This document shows positions 1 to 9,288 of a stretch of 64,000 nt of DNA, one piece after another. How positions within the stretch are numbered: position 1 is the stretch's first letter; each line of letters starts with the position of its first letter. Made by a program: the position numbers and the translations under genes. The notes beneath the pieces were generated by a model. It was not told the DNA's origin, did no database searches, and saw only the letters and a program-made list of their open reading frames with translations. The DNA lies in NCBI GenBank assembly GCA_963830915.1, contig CAWHOE010000006.1, positions 96,001 through 160,000 on the forward strand. The letters run 5' to 3'. Origin of the DNA: a candidate division FCPU426 bacterium (GTDB lineage Bacteria; Oederibacteriota; Muellerivitia; Muellerivitales; Muellerivitaceae).

Positions 1-261
1 CCGGTCATAACAGCGGATCCCATTGGAGTAAGCCTGAACCACTCGGTCGGCGAGAATCACCGGATTGCTAACAGGATCACCAATATTCATGGAGGAAGGC
101 ATCATCCACTGAACCGTGACTGGATTTTGAAGAGGGCTGGGATTCAAGCTGTGCCCTTCCCGGCGCAGATCCCCACACTCCATGGGATAAAGGTTCCCCG
201 CAGTGGCGGGTATTGGGACGCTCAACAACATCAGGAGGATCATGGAATGTTTCAGGGACAT
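1..261 (-). CDS. Secreted protein, probable PQQ-like/BamB-type beta-propeller; N-terminal part only, runs off the window
   Basis: Manual translation from ATG at 261: MSLKHSMILLMLLSVPIPATAGNLYPMECGDLRREG...VTVQWMMP...VSNPVILADRVVQAYSNGIRCYDR. Signal peptide plus propeller-like start; overlaps the stop of the upstream gene. Confidence 0.6.
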   Translation of the reverse strand, partial: MSLKHSMILLMLLSVPIPATAGNLYPMECGDLRREGHSLNPSPLQNPVTVQWMMPSSMNIGDPVSNPVILADRVVQAYSNGIRCYDR

Positions 262-1178
262 ACGGGAATTACCTCCGTAACAGGTTGAGCGTAGACAAGG
301 GTATCCGGCATGGGAGCGAGGTAAGTTATTGGAAACTGATTAGGGTCATTGGCCGCCGCCCGCATGATCATATTGGGCGTATCAATCTCGGGAAGAAGGG
401 TGTTGATACGCGTTTGAAGGTCTGCGGCGAAAGCAGCCCAATCCAACCCATAGTGGGCGCAAATCTCGTCCCAGCTCATGGTCAACCGCAATTGCATGAT
501 ATCCGAGGGCTGACACCCGCAAGTGGCGCCGATCCTCATGATGATGTAGGAAGTCGTGGCATCTAGATTAAGCTGTCGGCAGGCCTCGACGAAAGTGATA
601 GTGCACCCGAACACCGAAGAACAAGCCGCCGCGGTATTCCTATAAATGATGGTCACCGCTATGGTAGGGACCGCCGTGTAAGTATCGGTTGGCGAGAAGG
701 TGGCTGTCGGGAAAGCGTAGGTGGAAGTGATGGTAGGACTGATCGTAGGGGTATCCGTGGACGTCTCGGTCAAAGCTGTAAAGGTTGGCGTAGAGGTATA
801 AGTCGGTATGACGTAAGTGATGGTTGTTGTGGGATTGGGCGTCGGTGAATCCGTTGGATTGGGCGTGTAAGTTGGATAGGTGCCAGTGGGGACTGCCGTG
901 TAAGTCGGATAAGCATACGTTACGGTCGGAGTGGCTGTGGGTGTGTTGGTCGATGTTTTCGTCATCGTTCGGGTGGCGGTATTCGTCGGCGTGCAGGTAG
1001 AAGTATTCGTCGCGGTGTTGGTGGCTGTCATGGTGATCGTGGTGACAGGCCCTGAAGGGGTAGGAGTCCAGGTGAAAGTGGCTGTAGGCGCGGCCCAGGC
1101 GGGGAGGGCGCACCCAGCAATGATGGATAGAACTCCTGATATTAACCATAAATTCAGAAAAAAGATCCGCTTCATCAT
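252..1178 (-). CDS. Secreted Thr/Pro-rich protein with Cys-containing C-terminal domain of unknown function
   Basis: Signal peptide (..LPAWA), about 150 aa of TPT/TAT low-complexity sequence, then a ~130 aa globular region. Confidence 0.8.
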   Translation of the reverse strand: MMKRIFFLNLWLISGVLSIIAGCALPAWAAPTATFTWTPTPSGPVTTITMTATNTATNTSTCTPTNTATRTMTKTSTNTPTATPTVTYAYPTYTAVPTGTYPTYTPNPTDSPTPNPTTTITYVIPTYTSTPTFTALTETSTDTPTISPTITSTYAFPTATFSPTDTYTAVPTIAVTIIYRNTAAACSSVFGCTITFVEACRQLNLDATTSYIIMRIGATCGCQPSDIMQLRLTMSWDEICAHYGLDWAAFAADLQTRINTLLPEIDTPNMIMRAAANDPNQFPITYLAPMPDTLVYAQPVTEVIPVCP

Positions 1179-1338
1179 AACCCCGCTTCTTCATAAACCC
1201 AAAAGATAGACTGCGTTACCTATAGACGGCGATCGATGGAATTAGTTCAAAAATATTTTTATTTTTTTCGACTATTTCCATTCGTTAAGATTCAAATAAA
1301 AAGACCTGTCCCAACTGATCGAACACTCTTAATGCTTA

Positions 1339-1354
1339 GGCAGATTCCATGCCA
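1339..1354 (-). promoter_or_regulatory. Putative sigma54 (-24/-12) promoter
   Basis: Minus strand TGGCATGGAATCTGCC fits GG-N10-GC; about 160 bp upstream of the 1178 start; inverted GTCAAAA(A)CGG motifs at 1450-1460 and 1486-1495. Confidence 0.5.
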
Positions 1355-1552
1355 AAACATAAATCAGTTTTTTTATTGGTTTTTTATCGCTGTGACAAAA
1401 AATAAAACCATGTCGATTACGTTTAAAATTTGTCTTTCTAGCGCAAACTGTCAAAAACGGACTCAACCAAGGACGTCAACCCAAACCGTTTTGACGACTT
1501 TTCGTAAAAGGACAACGCTCAAATAAGCCGTTAAAGAACTTTCTTTTTTGTT

Positions 1553-3772
1553 GTGGGCTTTTCCCAAAAACATGATGATGTGGAAAACAAAGGAGCCTCT
1601 TTGTCCCGTCGCAATTGGTTCTTGTCACTATTCTTCTTCTTTTCCGGATTCTGCGGACTGGTCTACCAGACCGTCTGGATGCGCCTGGCTTACGCGCACT
1701 TTGGCATCACGACCCCGGTACTTTCCGTCGTTATTTCGGTATTCATGTTGGGACTTGCCCTGGGAAGCTGGCTGGGCGGTTTGACGGTCGGACCCCTGAC
1801 CCATCGCCTCAAATTTTCAGCCCTCATTTTTTACGCCTTGGCCGAGGCATTCATCGGCATCGGGGCTTTGGCCGCGCCCGCCTTAATGACCTGGGGCGAC
1901 CGCCTGCTTTTGACCATGGGTGAGACCAACTCCACCGGTTATCTTTTCTTTTCCGCCTTGGTCCTGCTCATTTCCCTGCTTCCCTGGTGTGTTTGCATGG
2001 GCGCGACCTTTCCCTTGGTCATGAGGTTCGTCAAGGAAGTGGATAAATTCCAGAACGAAAGTTTCAGCTTCTTATATATGGCCAACGTATTGGGCGCGGT
2101 CTCTGGGACCCTGGCCACCGCCTTCCTGCTGGTGGAACTCCTGGGTTTCCATGGGACTTTGGTGTTGGCCTGCGTCGTTAATTTCCTCATCGCCTTATCC
2201 GCGCTGGTCTGGGGTTTTCGGGTCAAACCGATCAATGCCAAAGAACAGCGCCCGGTCATCAACAGAACGGGACGTGTCACTTCCATTGTCCCGGCCTTCC
2301 TTTTCATGACAGGCTTCACATCCATGGGAATGGAAGTGGCCTGGGTTCGGGATTTCACGCCAGTGATGGGCAACGAGATCTACGCCTTCTCCAAGCTACT
2401 GGCGACCTACCTGATCGCCACCTGGGTCGGGTCATGGTTGTACCGCAAACATCTGGCAAACCATAAAGTCCTTTCCATCGGTTGGTTGACCGCCCTGCTC
2501 TCCGTCTTCCCTTTCCTGCCGGTACTCTTGAATGACCCCACCCACTACCATTCCAACTTCCTGGCCCTGGCCAGCCTGGTCCCCTTCTGCGCGGCGCTCG
2601 GTTACGCCACTCCACGGTTCATCGACCAATGGTCCGAGGGGGACGCGAAAAAAGGAGGCCGTATCTACGCTTGGAACATCCTTGGATGCATCCTCGGCCC
2701 CTTGTTCGTGTCTTACCTAATGCTTCCTTACATTGGGGCTAAAGAAGCCCTGCTGTTCCTGGCGCTTCCCTTCATCGTTTTTCATTTCATTTTGGAATCG
2801 GGAAGGAACATCACTACCAAATCCTGGATCGCCGGTGTCGCCAGCCTCACTTGCCTGCTCTTGGGATTTTTCGCCTGCGGAAGCTATGAGGAAGGTTGGA
2901 ACCTGGCCAAGTGGGACCGTTACCAATTGCGCCGAGATCATACCGCCACCGTTCTCTCTTACCAAACAGGTCTCAATAAAGGACTTTTCATCAACGGTAT
3001 CGGTGTGGCTTACCTGACCTCGGTCACCAAGGTCATGGCCCATCTGCCCCTGGCGCTCTGTCCCCACCCTCCCAAATCCTGTCTGGTCATTTGCTTTGGG
3101 ATGGGTACGACCTTCCGGTCCCTCACCAGTTGGGGCATTGACACCACGGCGGTTGAACTGGTACCCAGCGTCAAGGAAGCCTTCCCTTTCAATTTTTCGG
3201 ACGCTTACCGAGTGCTGGCCAGGCCCAACGCGCGAGTAGTCATCGATGACGGACGACGCTTCCTTCAAAGGACCCGCCAAAAGTTCGATGTCATCACCCT
3301 GGACCCTGCTCCCCCGGTCGAGGCGGCAGGCTCCAGCCTGCTCTATTCGGATGGCTTCTATACCGCGGTCAAGAACCGCCTGGCGGACGGCGGCATCGTC
3401 CAACAATGGATCCCCGGCGGGGAGCCTCCCATCCAACAAGCCTTCGCCCGTTCCTTCGTGAACGCCTTCCCCTACGTCATCGCCCTTCATTCGTTCGAGG
3501 ATTGGGGCACTCACCTGATCGGTTCCATGACGCCCATCGACCTGCCGACGACCAAGGTACTCGCGTCCCGAATCCCCAAACCTGCCCAGGCGGACTTGAA
3601 CGAATGGATGGCTTCCAAGGACACGGAAAATTTCCTGAAACTTATCCTCTCCAAACAGGTATCGGTCCAGTCCCTTTTGAACCAAGACGAACGTATCGCC
3701 ATCACCGACGACCACCCCTTCAATGAGTATTACGCCCTGCGCCGGACCTTCCCCGCTATCTTCAAATACTGA
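1553..3772 (+). CDS. Fused multi-TM (MFS-like)/spermidine synthase-like protein
   Basis: N-terminal TM block (SGFCGLVYQTVW); C-terminal SAM-binding fold (VICFGMGTT, AVELVP, DDGRRFL, FDVITLDP). Confidence 0.9.
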   Translation: MGFSQKHDDVENKGASLSRRNWFLSLFFFFSGFCGLVYQTVWMRLAYAHFGITTPVLSVVISVFMLGLALGSWLGGLTVGPLTHRLKFSALIFYALAEAFIGIGALAAPALMTWGDRLLLTMGETNSTGYLFFSALVLLISLLPWCVCMGATFPLVMRFVKEVDKFQNESFSFLYMANVLGAVSGTLATAFLLVELLGFHGTLVLACVVNFLIALSALVWGFRVKPINAKEQRPVINRTGRVTSIVPAFLFMTGFTSMGMEVAWVRDFTPVMGNEIYAFSKLLATYLIATWVGSWLYRKHLANHKVLSIGWLTALLSVFPFLPVLLNDPTHYHSNFLALASLVPFCAALGYATPRFIDQWSEGDAKKGGRIYAWNILGCILGPLFVSYLMLPYIGAKEALLFLALPFIVFHFILESGRNITTKSWIAGVASLTCLLLGFFACGSYEEGWNLAKWDRYQLRRDHTATVLSYQTGLNKGLFINGIGVAYLTSVTKVMAHLPLALCPHPPKSCLVICFGMGTTFRSLTSWGIDTTAVELVPSVKEAFPFNFSDAYRVLARPNARVVIDDGRRFLQRTRQKFDVITLDPAPPVEAAGSSLLYSDGFYTAVKNRLADGGIVQQWIPGGEPPIQQAFARSFVNAFPYVIALHSFEDWGTHLIGSMTPIDLPTTKVLASRIPKPAQADLNEWMASKDTENFLKLILSKQVSVQSLLNQDERIAITDDHPFNEYYALRRTFPAIFKY

Positions 3773-3843
3773 CCCCCCTGTTCTTTTGGCCGGGTCCTTC
3801 ATAAGTTTGTTGATTACCTATCAACTCTTAACGGAGAAAAACT

Positions 3844-4482
3844 ATGAGATTCGACGTCAAAAAGATAACCAACCGAGAGGTCTATAACCTCATCAACGGC
3901 CTGGTCGCTCCCCGCCCCATCGCCCTTGTCACTAGCCTTAGCGCTGATGGGCTGGTCAACGCCGCCCCCTTCAGCGCTTTTAATTACCTTTGCATCGACC
4001 CTCCCATCCTGGGCCTGGGCATCGCCGTCAAACAGGGCGGGGACGGGCTGAAGGACACGGCCCGAAACATCGAAAAGACCGGGGAGTTCGTGGTCAACGT
4101 GGTGACCGAGGACATCGGGAAGCAAATGAACATCTGCGGGGTGGATTTCCCGCCGGGGGTTAGTGAGCTGGAAATGGCGGGATTCACCACCGAGGAATCC
4201 CTGGTCGTGAAGGTACCTAGAATCAAGGAAGCCCATGCCTCCCTGGAATGCCGGCTTTTTGAGACCCTAAAACCGGGCAAATCCCGGATCATCCTGGGAG
4301 AGGTGGTGGCCTTCTTTATAGAGGACCGGTTCATCGACCCCAAGGGCCCCTATGTCCTGGCCCAGGACCTGCATGCCCTTGGCCGTATGAACGGCTTGGA
4401 TAAATACGTCCATACCCGGGACGCTTTCCTGGATATCAAACGGCTGAATTACGACCAGTGGCAGAAGGGCGAGAGGGGCTAA
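3844..4482 (+). CDS. Flavin reductase family protein (DIM6/NTAB)
   Basis: PRPIALVTS...NAAPFS...KDTARNI...GEFVVNVV motifs. Confidence 0.92.
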   Translation: MRFDVKKITNREVYNLINGLVAPRPIALVTSLSADGLVNAAPFSAFNYLCIDPPILGLGIAVKQGGDGLKDTARNIEKTGEFVVNVVTEDIGKQMNICGVDFPPGVSELEMAGFTTEESLVVKVPRIKEAHASLECRLFETLKPGKSRIILGEVVAFFIEDRFIDPKGPYVLAQDLHALGRMNGLDKYVHTRDAFLDIKRLNYDQWQKGERG

Positions 4483-4501
4483 GGGACCTGCCAATAGGGT
4501 T

Positions 4502-4967
4502 CCTTTCGGATGGTTTTCGATGGGACAGCCCCGACCTTTCCGAGGCTCGGAAATACCTCTTCCGATGGGTGGCTTGGCCTTTCCGATGGCTTCCGATGGG
4601 TGACCCGACCTTTCCGAGGCTCGGAAACACCCCTTCCGATGGGTGGCTTGGCCTTTCCGATGGCTTCCGATGGACAGCCCGACCTTTCCGAGGCTCGGAA
4701 ACACCCCTTCCGATGGGTGGCTTAGCCTTTCCGATGGCTTCCGATGGACAGCCCGACCTTTCCGAGGCTCGGAAACACCCCTTCCGATGGGTGGCTTAGC
4801 CTTTCCGATGGCTTCCGATGGACAGCCCGACCTTTCCGAGGCTCGGAAACACCCCTTCCGATGGGTGGCTTAGCCTTTCCGATGGCTTCCGATGGACAGC
4901 CCGACCTTTCCGAGGCTCGGAAACACCCCTTCCGATGGGTGGCTTAGCCTTTCCGATGGCTTCCGAT
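4502..4967. repeat. 74-bp tandem repeat array, about 6.3 copies, with an internal palindrome
   Basis: Unit cctttccgatggcttccgatggacagcccgacctttccgaggctcggaaacaccccttccgatgggtggcttag; copies start at 4502, 4578, 4652, 4726, 4800, 4874 and 4948 (partial). Confidence 0.97.
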
Positions 4968-5185
4968 TGAAGAGGGATATGTTGAGTTACCCGAAGACCC
5001 TTTCGAACCTAATCAACCCAATTTCCAGCTTTTTCGTTAAACGCAGGCCTTACTTAAATAAGCTACGAAAGGTATAAGTTTTCAAAAGATAACGTCAAGA
5101 TTTTCGTCAAAGGGTCGTTAAAGAAGGATAACAGGGGTAAACTTAATACATATTTTGACCTGACTTTTTTAAGGAGTTTTACGAA

Positions 5186-6520
5186 ATGAAAAAAACGTTA
5201 TTAGTCCTAAGCGGTACCCTACTTATCCTGGGCCACTTGGCCTGTAGCCATTCCATCACTAGCCCAACTCCCGCTACACCTTTGGGCATCGCGGTCGCTT
5301 CAGCTACCACCACGCCAGTCGCTCTTATTTCAGCCACCCCCACTGCCACCCTGGGAAATTGCGGGGTAACCGGCGTCACGCCAGCCCAGGCGGACAACAT
5401 GCTGGCCGGGAACCTCTATAGTTATTTCCAGACCCAATCGGGCAATGTTTTCTATTCCCCATTCAGTATTTTTGCCGCTATGTCCATGGCCCAGGAAGGG
5501 GCCAACGGTACAACAGGCTGCCAGATGCAAACCGCCTTGAATTTGAACAGCTCCGCCTCGGTCCGGCAAGCGGCCATGCAGTCATTCATCAACGGGATCA
5601 ATAGCCCCACCAAACAATTCACCCTCAACGTCGCGGATAATCTGTGGGTCCAGCAGGGGTTCAATGTCCTTTCCAGCTATGTCAATGACCTTCAAACCTA
5701 CTATTCGGCCGGGGTCACCAACGTGGATTTTGTCGGTAACCCAGCCGCCGCCCTGCAAACGATCGACGGCGCCGTATCCCAGGAAACCGCCGGTTATATC
5801 CCCCAACTCCTGACCCCTGCGAATATAACGCCCAAAACTCGGGTGGTCCTGACGAACGCCATCTATTTCAAGGCAAGCTGGCAGTACCAATTCCCGGTCA
5901 CCAATACGACCCTGCAAAATTTCTATCTGGATTCTGGAACGAGCGAGTCCGTCAGCATGATGAACTTCACCGTTTCCCTTCCAATCGGCTCCTTCAACGG
6001 GGCGGCCAGTGTCATCGCGATCCCCTACGCGGGCTTCGACGCTTCCATGTATGTTTTCCTTCCCCCGCAGGAAGGGATCACCGCCCTGGGGAACTTGATG
6101 ACCGGCGCGAACATCAGTTCCTGGTTGACGGCCAACGCGGCGTCCATGGGTGCCAGTACCATGGCCAATGTAAGCCTGTCATTGCCGAAATTCACCTTTT
6201 CCACCAACTATGACCTGACCGCTCCCCTGGCTAACCTGGGGATGCCATTGGCCTTCAACCCGTATCTGGCCAACTTCTCCGGGATCGACGGAAGCTACGA
6301 CCTGTCCATTTCGGATGTCGTCCATCAGGCTTATGTGGATGTGAGCGAGGTGGGTACGACCGCCGCCGCCGCGACCGGCGTGGTCGGGTGTTCAGATTGT
6401 GAGGCCGTCATGATGCCGATCATCATTCCCTTCAACGTCAACAGGCCCTTCATCTTCATGATCGTGGATAACGTCACGAACGCTGTCCTGTTCATGGGCC
6501 GGGTGACTAATCCCATTTAA
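5186..6520 (+). CDS. Serpin family protease inhibitor, probable lipoprotein
   Basis: NVFYSPFSI, NAIYFKASW, LPKF, hinge EVGTTAAAAT and FNVNRPFIFMI...LFMGRV motifs; lipobox-like LAC-S followed by a T/P linker. Confidence 0.95.
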   Translation: MKKTLLVLSGTLLILGHLACSHSITSPTPATPLGIAVASATTTPVALISATPTATLGNCGVTGVTPAQADNMLAGNLYSYFQTQSGNVFYSPFSIFAAMSMAQEGANGTTGCQMQTALNLNSSASVRQAAMQSFINGINSPTKQFTLNVADNLWVQQGFNVLSSYVNDLQTYYSAGVTNVDFVGNPAAALQTIDGAVSQETAGYIPQLLTPANITPKTRVVLTNAIYFKASWQYQFPVTNTTLQNFYLDSGTSESVSMMNFTVSLPIGSFNGAASVIAIPYAGFDASMYVFLPPQEGITALGNLMTGANISSWLTANAASMGASTMANVSLSLPKFTFSTNYDLTAPLANLGMPLAFNPYLANFSGIDGSYDLSISDVVHQAYVDVSEVGTTAAAATGVVGCSDCEAVMMPIIIPFNVNRPFIFMIVDNVTNAVLFMGRVTNPI

Positions 6521-6549
6521 TTTCTACAACCGCTAGCAACTAAAACAAT

Positions 6550-6583
6550 AGAACCCGGCTTGTTATCAAGTCGGGTTCTTTTA
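6550..6583. terminator. Intrinsic terminator between convergent genes
   Basis: agaacccggcttg-ttat-caagtcgggttct followed by a T-run. Confidence 0.75.
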
Positions 6584-6621
6584 TTTAGTCATCCTCGGAA
6601 ACGGCTAAATCACAGGTTTGC

Positions 6622-7245
6622 TTATTTCGGTCCTTCGATCTGTTTGATATCAGGCGGGAGCTTTTCCGGGACCTTGGGTTCCACGCGGGCCAACCCCTTT
6701 TCGGTCGGGTCGGTGATCCTCAATCTGATCACGTTCAATTCATCCAGATTCGCCTGGAGGGTCCGGCAAAGGGGCTCGTTCGACCGTAGTTTCAAGGACT
6801 CCTTGTGGGCTTCGGACAAAGGGTTTTGGCTGTCCATCTCTTGGAAGAATTTCTGGGACTCTTCGGGCCCCAACCCGATGGCGATACCCTGAACGGCCTG
6901 CCTTTGCCATTCCCCTATTTTCAGGTAAAAGTCCTCATCCTCGGCCTGATTGAATAGGCTCGAACCCTCCCGAATCATGTGGTCCAGGTAGGCTTTGAAA
7001 AAAGCGGCCGAGGTTTGGTCGAACACTTCCTTGCGCTTCAGGGAATATTCAATGGAAGCGACCCAAAGCAGGATGACCCAGCCCATCACCCAAACGGTCC
7101 AAGGAGATAGATCCATAAGGGTGGTCGGTGAGGTGAAACTCAAAACAATTGGGGTGAGCACGAGAAGCAAGAAAAGCGCGAGAAGGGCCCGGTTCTTCAG
7201 GGTTAACCGGATCATCTCCAACCGGACTTTGAGCCATTGGGTCAT
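6622..7245 (-). CDS. Hypothetical membrane protein (two N-terminal TM helices plus soluble helical domain)
   Basis: 207-aa ORF starting 10 bp downstream of the cyclase stop; two hydrophobic segments. Confidence 0.75.
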   Translation of the reverse strand: MTQWLKVRLEMIRLTLKNRALLALFLLLVLTPIVLSFTSPTTLMDLSPWTVWVMGWVILLWVASIEYSLKRKEVFDQTSAAFFKAYLDHMIREGSSLFNQAEDEDFYLKIGEWQRQAVQGIAIGLGPEESQKFFQEMDSQNPLSEAHKESLKLRSNEPLCRTLQANLDELNVIRLRITDPTEKGLARVEPKVPEKLPPDIKQIEGPK

Positions 7246-7254
7246 GGGGGATTG

Positions 7255-8640
7255 TTACTTGTATTCGGCGTATTGGGCTTGTATCTCGACCTGGGCGCTG
7301 ACACCAGAAAGGATGTAGGACAGGACGTACCGATGCCGCTGATCCCCCCACAGTTCCTTTTTGACTTGGGTTTCGTCGGTGGAAGCCGGGTCATGCTCGA
7401 CGATGACCTTATCCGTGGAAATATTCTTGCCGTCCAGGACAACCGACCAATCGATGGTCCAAAAGATGGTACGGTGCTTCTTATTTTCTTTCGAGGCCGG
7501 CACGACTGTCCCTTCAGCCGACTTAACGGTGAAGGAAAGGGCCGCCTTATGGGCAGTCCGAACGCCCGCGTTGTCATAGGTGGCGTAATCGGTCGAATTG
7601 GAGAAGGTCTGCTCGTTTTTCCCATGCTTCTCGAAACTGGAGTTCCCCTCCAAGCCCGGCATGCCGAAATACTCGAATTGGGGGCGAATGATGTTCCTTC
7701 CCCTGGTGACTGTAATGGGCGAGTAATAGCGGGTGACATAACTGACGTCGTAATAGATCAAGTGACTGCCCGGCTCCATCTTGGTGAGACATTTGCGAAG
7801 GTGGTCCTCCGGAACACCCTCGAACTGAAGACGGGTCGTATGGTCCAACATGACATCCGTCGTGTCGGTACGGACTCCCAGGTCCTCGAAGGTCACGGAA
7901 GTGAATTTGAACGCCAGGAAACCCAGGACCGCCAGGGCGCCGGCCAGCACCAGGGCTAACGCCGGCATGAATCGGGGCCAGTTGGTTTGTTTGCGGGCTC
8001 CCTGGGGCGCCTGGGGTTTGACGCTATGGGGACGATAGGCCTCGAATATCTCCAGGGACTCGTCGATGCCTTTTACTTTGTACTTCCCGTGGGAAACCCA
8101 GGCCGCGTCCCCGCCGCTACCCGAAAGCCATCCCTTGGCTGAGTCGAAAACACTGTAGGTCAGGTAAACATGCCCGCCCCCCGCCAATCCTTCCACCCGT
8201 GAGGCCCGGTTCACGTGACGGCCGAAGACATCCATACTCATCTTGTCTTCCACCGTCACCTGGCCCATGTGGAGCCCGATGCGCACCAGGATGGGTGGGC
8301 GTTCGGGATTGGCGGCGTTGTATTTTCGAAGCCCTTCCTGTATCTCCAAGGCCCTTGCGACCGCCGTGGAAGGCTCTGAAAACACGGCCATCACCGCGTC
8401 GCCGATGTGCTTGATGACCCTTCCCGCCCCGTCCCTTTCGATGACCGGGACAAGGATGGTGTCATGGGTTTGGCGGACTTCGTTGGAAAAGGCATCCCCC
8501 CGCTCTTCCGTAAGCTTGGTGAAGCCCTGGATGTCGGTGAACATGATGGTAAGGACCGAGGTGTTCCGGCTCTGACGGAACCGGTCAACTAGGGTAAGTT
8601 CTGTCTCGTCTATCCGTAAATCGGGTGATGGGTCGTTCAT
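7255..8640 (-). CDS. Class III adenylate cyclase with TM helix and extracytoplasmic C-terminal domain
   Basis: MFTDIQGFT, KHIGDAVMA, RIGLHMG and DVFGRHVNRASR motifs (Lys/Asp ATP-specificity residues); one TM helix after the catalytic domain. Confidence 0.92.
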   Translation of the reverse strand: MNDPSPDLRIDETELTLVDRFRQSRNTSVLTIMFTDIQGFTKLTEERGDAFSNEVRQTHDTILVPVIERDGAGRVIKHIGDAVMAVFSEPSTAVARALEIQEGLRKYNAANPERPPILVRIGLHMGQVTVEDKMSMDVFGRHVNRASRVEGLAGGGHVYLTYSVFDSAKGWLSGSGGDAAWVSHGKYKVKGIDESLEIFEAYRPHSVKPQAPQGARKQTNWPRFMPALALVLAGALAVLGFLAFKFTSVTFEDLGVRTDTTDVMLDHTTRLQFEGVPEDHLRKCLTKMEPGSHLIYYDVSYVTRYYSPITVTRGRNIIRPQFEYFGMPGLEGNSSFEKHGKNEQTFSNSTDYATYDNAGVRTAHKAALSFTVKSAEGTVVPASKENKKHRTIFWTIDWSVVLDGKNISTDKVIVEHDPASTDETQVKKELWGDQRHRYVLSYILSGVSAQVEIQAQYAEYK

Positions 8641-8740
8641 GGCATTTATACTCTCACCGTAAATAATACGAAACCAGCAAAAAATTCAGGCCCCCACCTG
8701 GGGGCCTGGGGAAAAACATCCGGAATTTACTCCCGATCCA

Positions 8741-9094
8741 TCAATGGACCTGGGTCAGGTAAAGGTGGGTACCATCCGGGTCTTTGAAGAAAGCCAGGTA
8801 GTTGATCTCATTCTCCTGGTAATGGAATTCGATCCCCTTGGCTTCCAATTCTTTGGAAGTTTTCTTGATGTCCTGCACCTCGAACCCGATGGAGATGTGA
8901 TTTTCCTTCGGCGCCGGATGGGCCCCCGGCCTTTTGGGATGCAACCCGATCGTTAAGCCTTTCGTGGTCATTTCCGCCCAACTATCCCCGTAACGCAGGT
9001 CCTCATAGAGCCCCAGAAGGTCGTTGTAAAATTCCACCGACCTGTCGAGATCTTCCACCATGATGGTGACATAAGCTTTTTTGTATTCGGGCAT
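8741..9094 (-). CDS. VOC/glyoxalase family protein
   Basis: VEDLDRSVEFYNDLLG, IGFEVQDI, AFFKDPDG motifs. Confidence 0.92.
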   Translation of the reverse strand: MPEYKKAYVTIMVEDLDRSVEFYNDLLGLYEDLRYGDSWAEMTTKGLTIGLHPKRPGAHPAPKENHISIGFEVQDIKKTSKELEAKGIEFHYQENEINYLAFFKDPDGTHLYLTQVH

Positions 9095-9288
9095 CAGGTT
9101 CTCCAGAATTTCGTTCTAAACTCTAACTTGGAATCTGTAGACTAGGTTCCTTGTTTTCCCAAATCTGCCATAACAGACATAATATTAAATACCGCCTTAG
9201 AAAAAACCAAACCCAGAATAAAACTGGTGTTCTTCGATAATCTTTTTCTTCCTCCAAAATATTTTTCCTTTTACGTATCCGCAGTACT

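Noticed and set aside
4502..4967. CRISPR array
   Set aside because: Units are contiguous near-identical 74-mers with no unique spacers, and there are no cas genes in the window
4267..5077. Short ORFs over the tandem array
   Set aside because: Translations of a repeat whose unit is not a multiple of 3; the same peptides cycle through all frames
1497..5130. Shared ttttcgt-aaa and cgttaaagaa words upstream of the spermidine synthase-like gene (~1500-1540) and the serpin (~5100-5125)
   Set aside because: Short AT-rich matches with inconsistent spacing; insufficient to call a regulatory motif
6622..8640. Firm Pycsar/CBASS call
   Set aside because: Cyclase has ATP-type specificity residues and a TM-linked sensor; the partner lacks a recognisable nucleotide-binding domain
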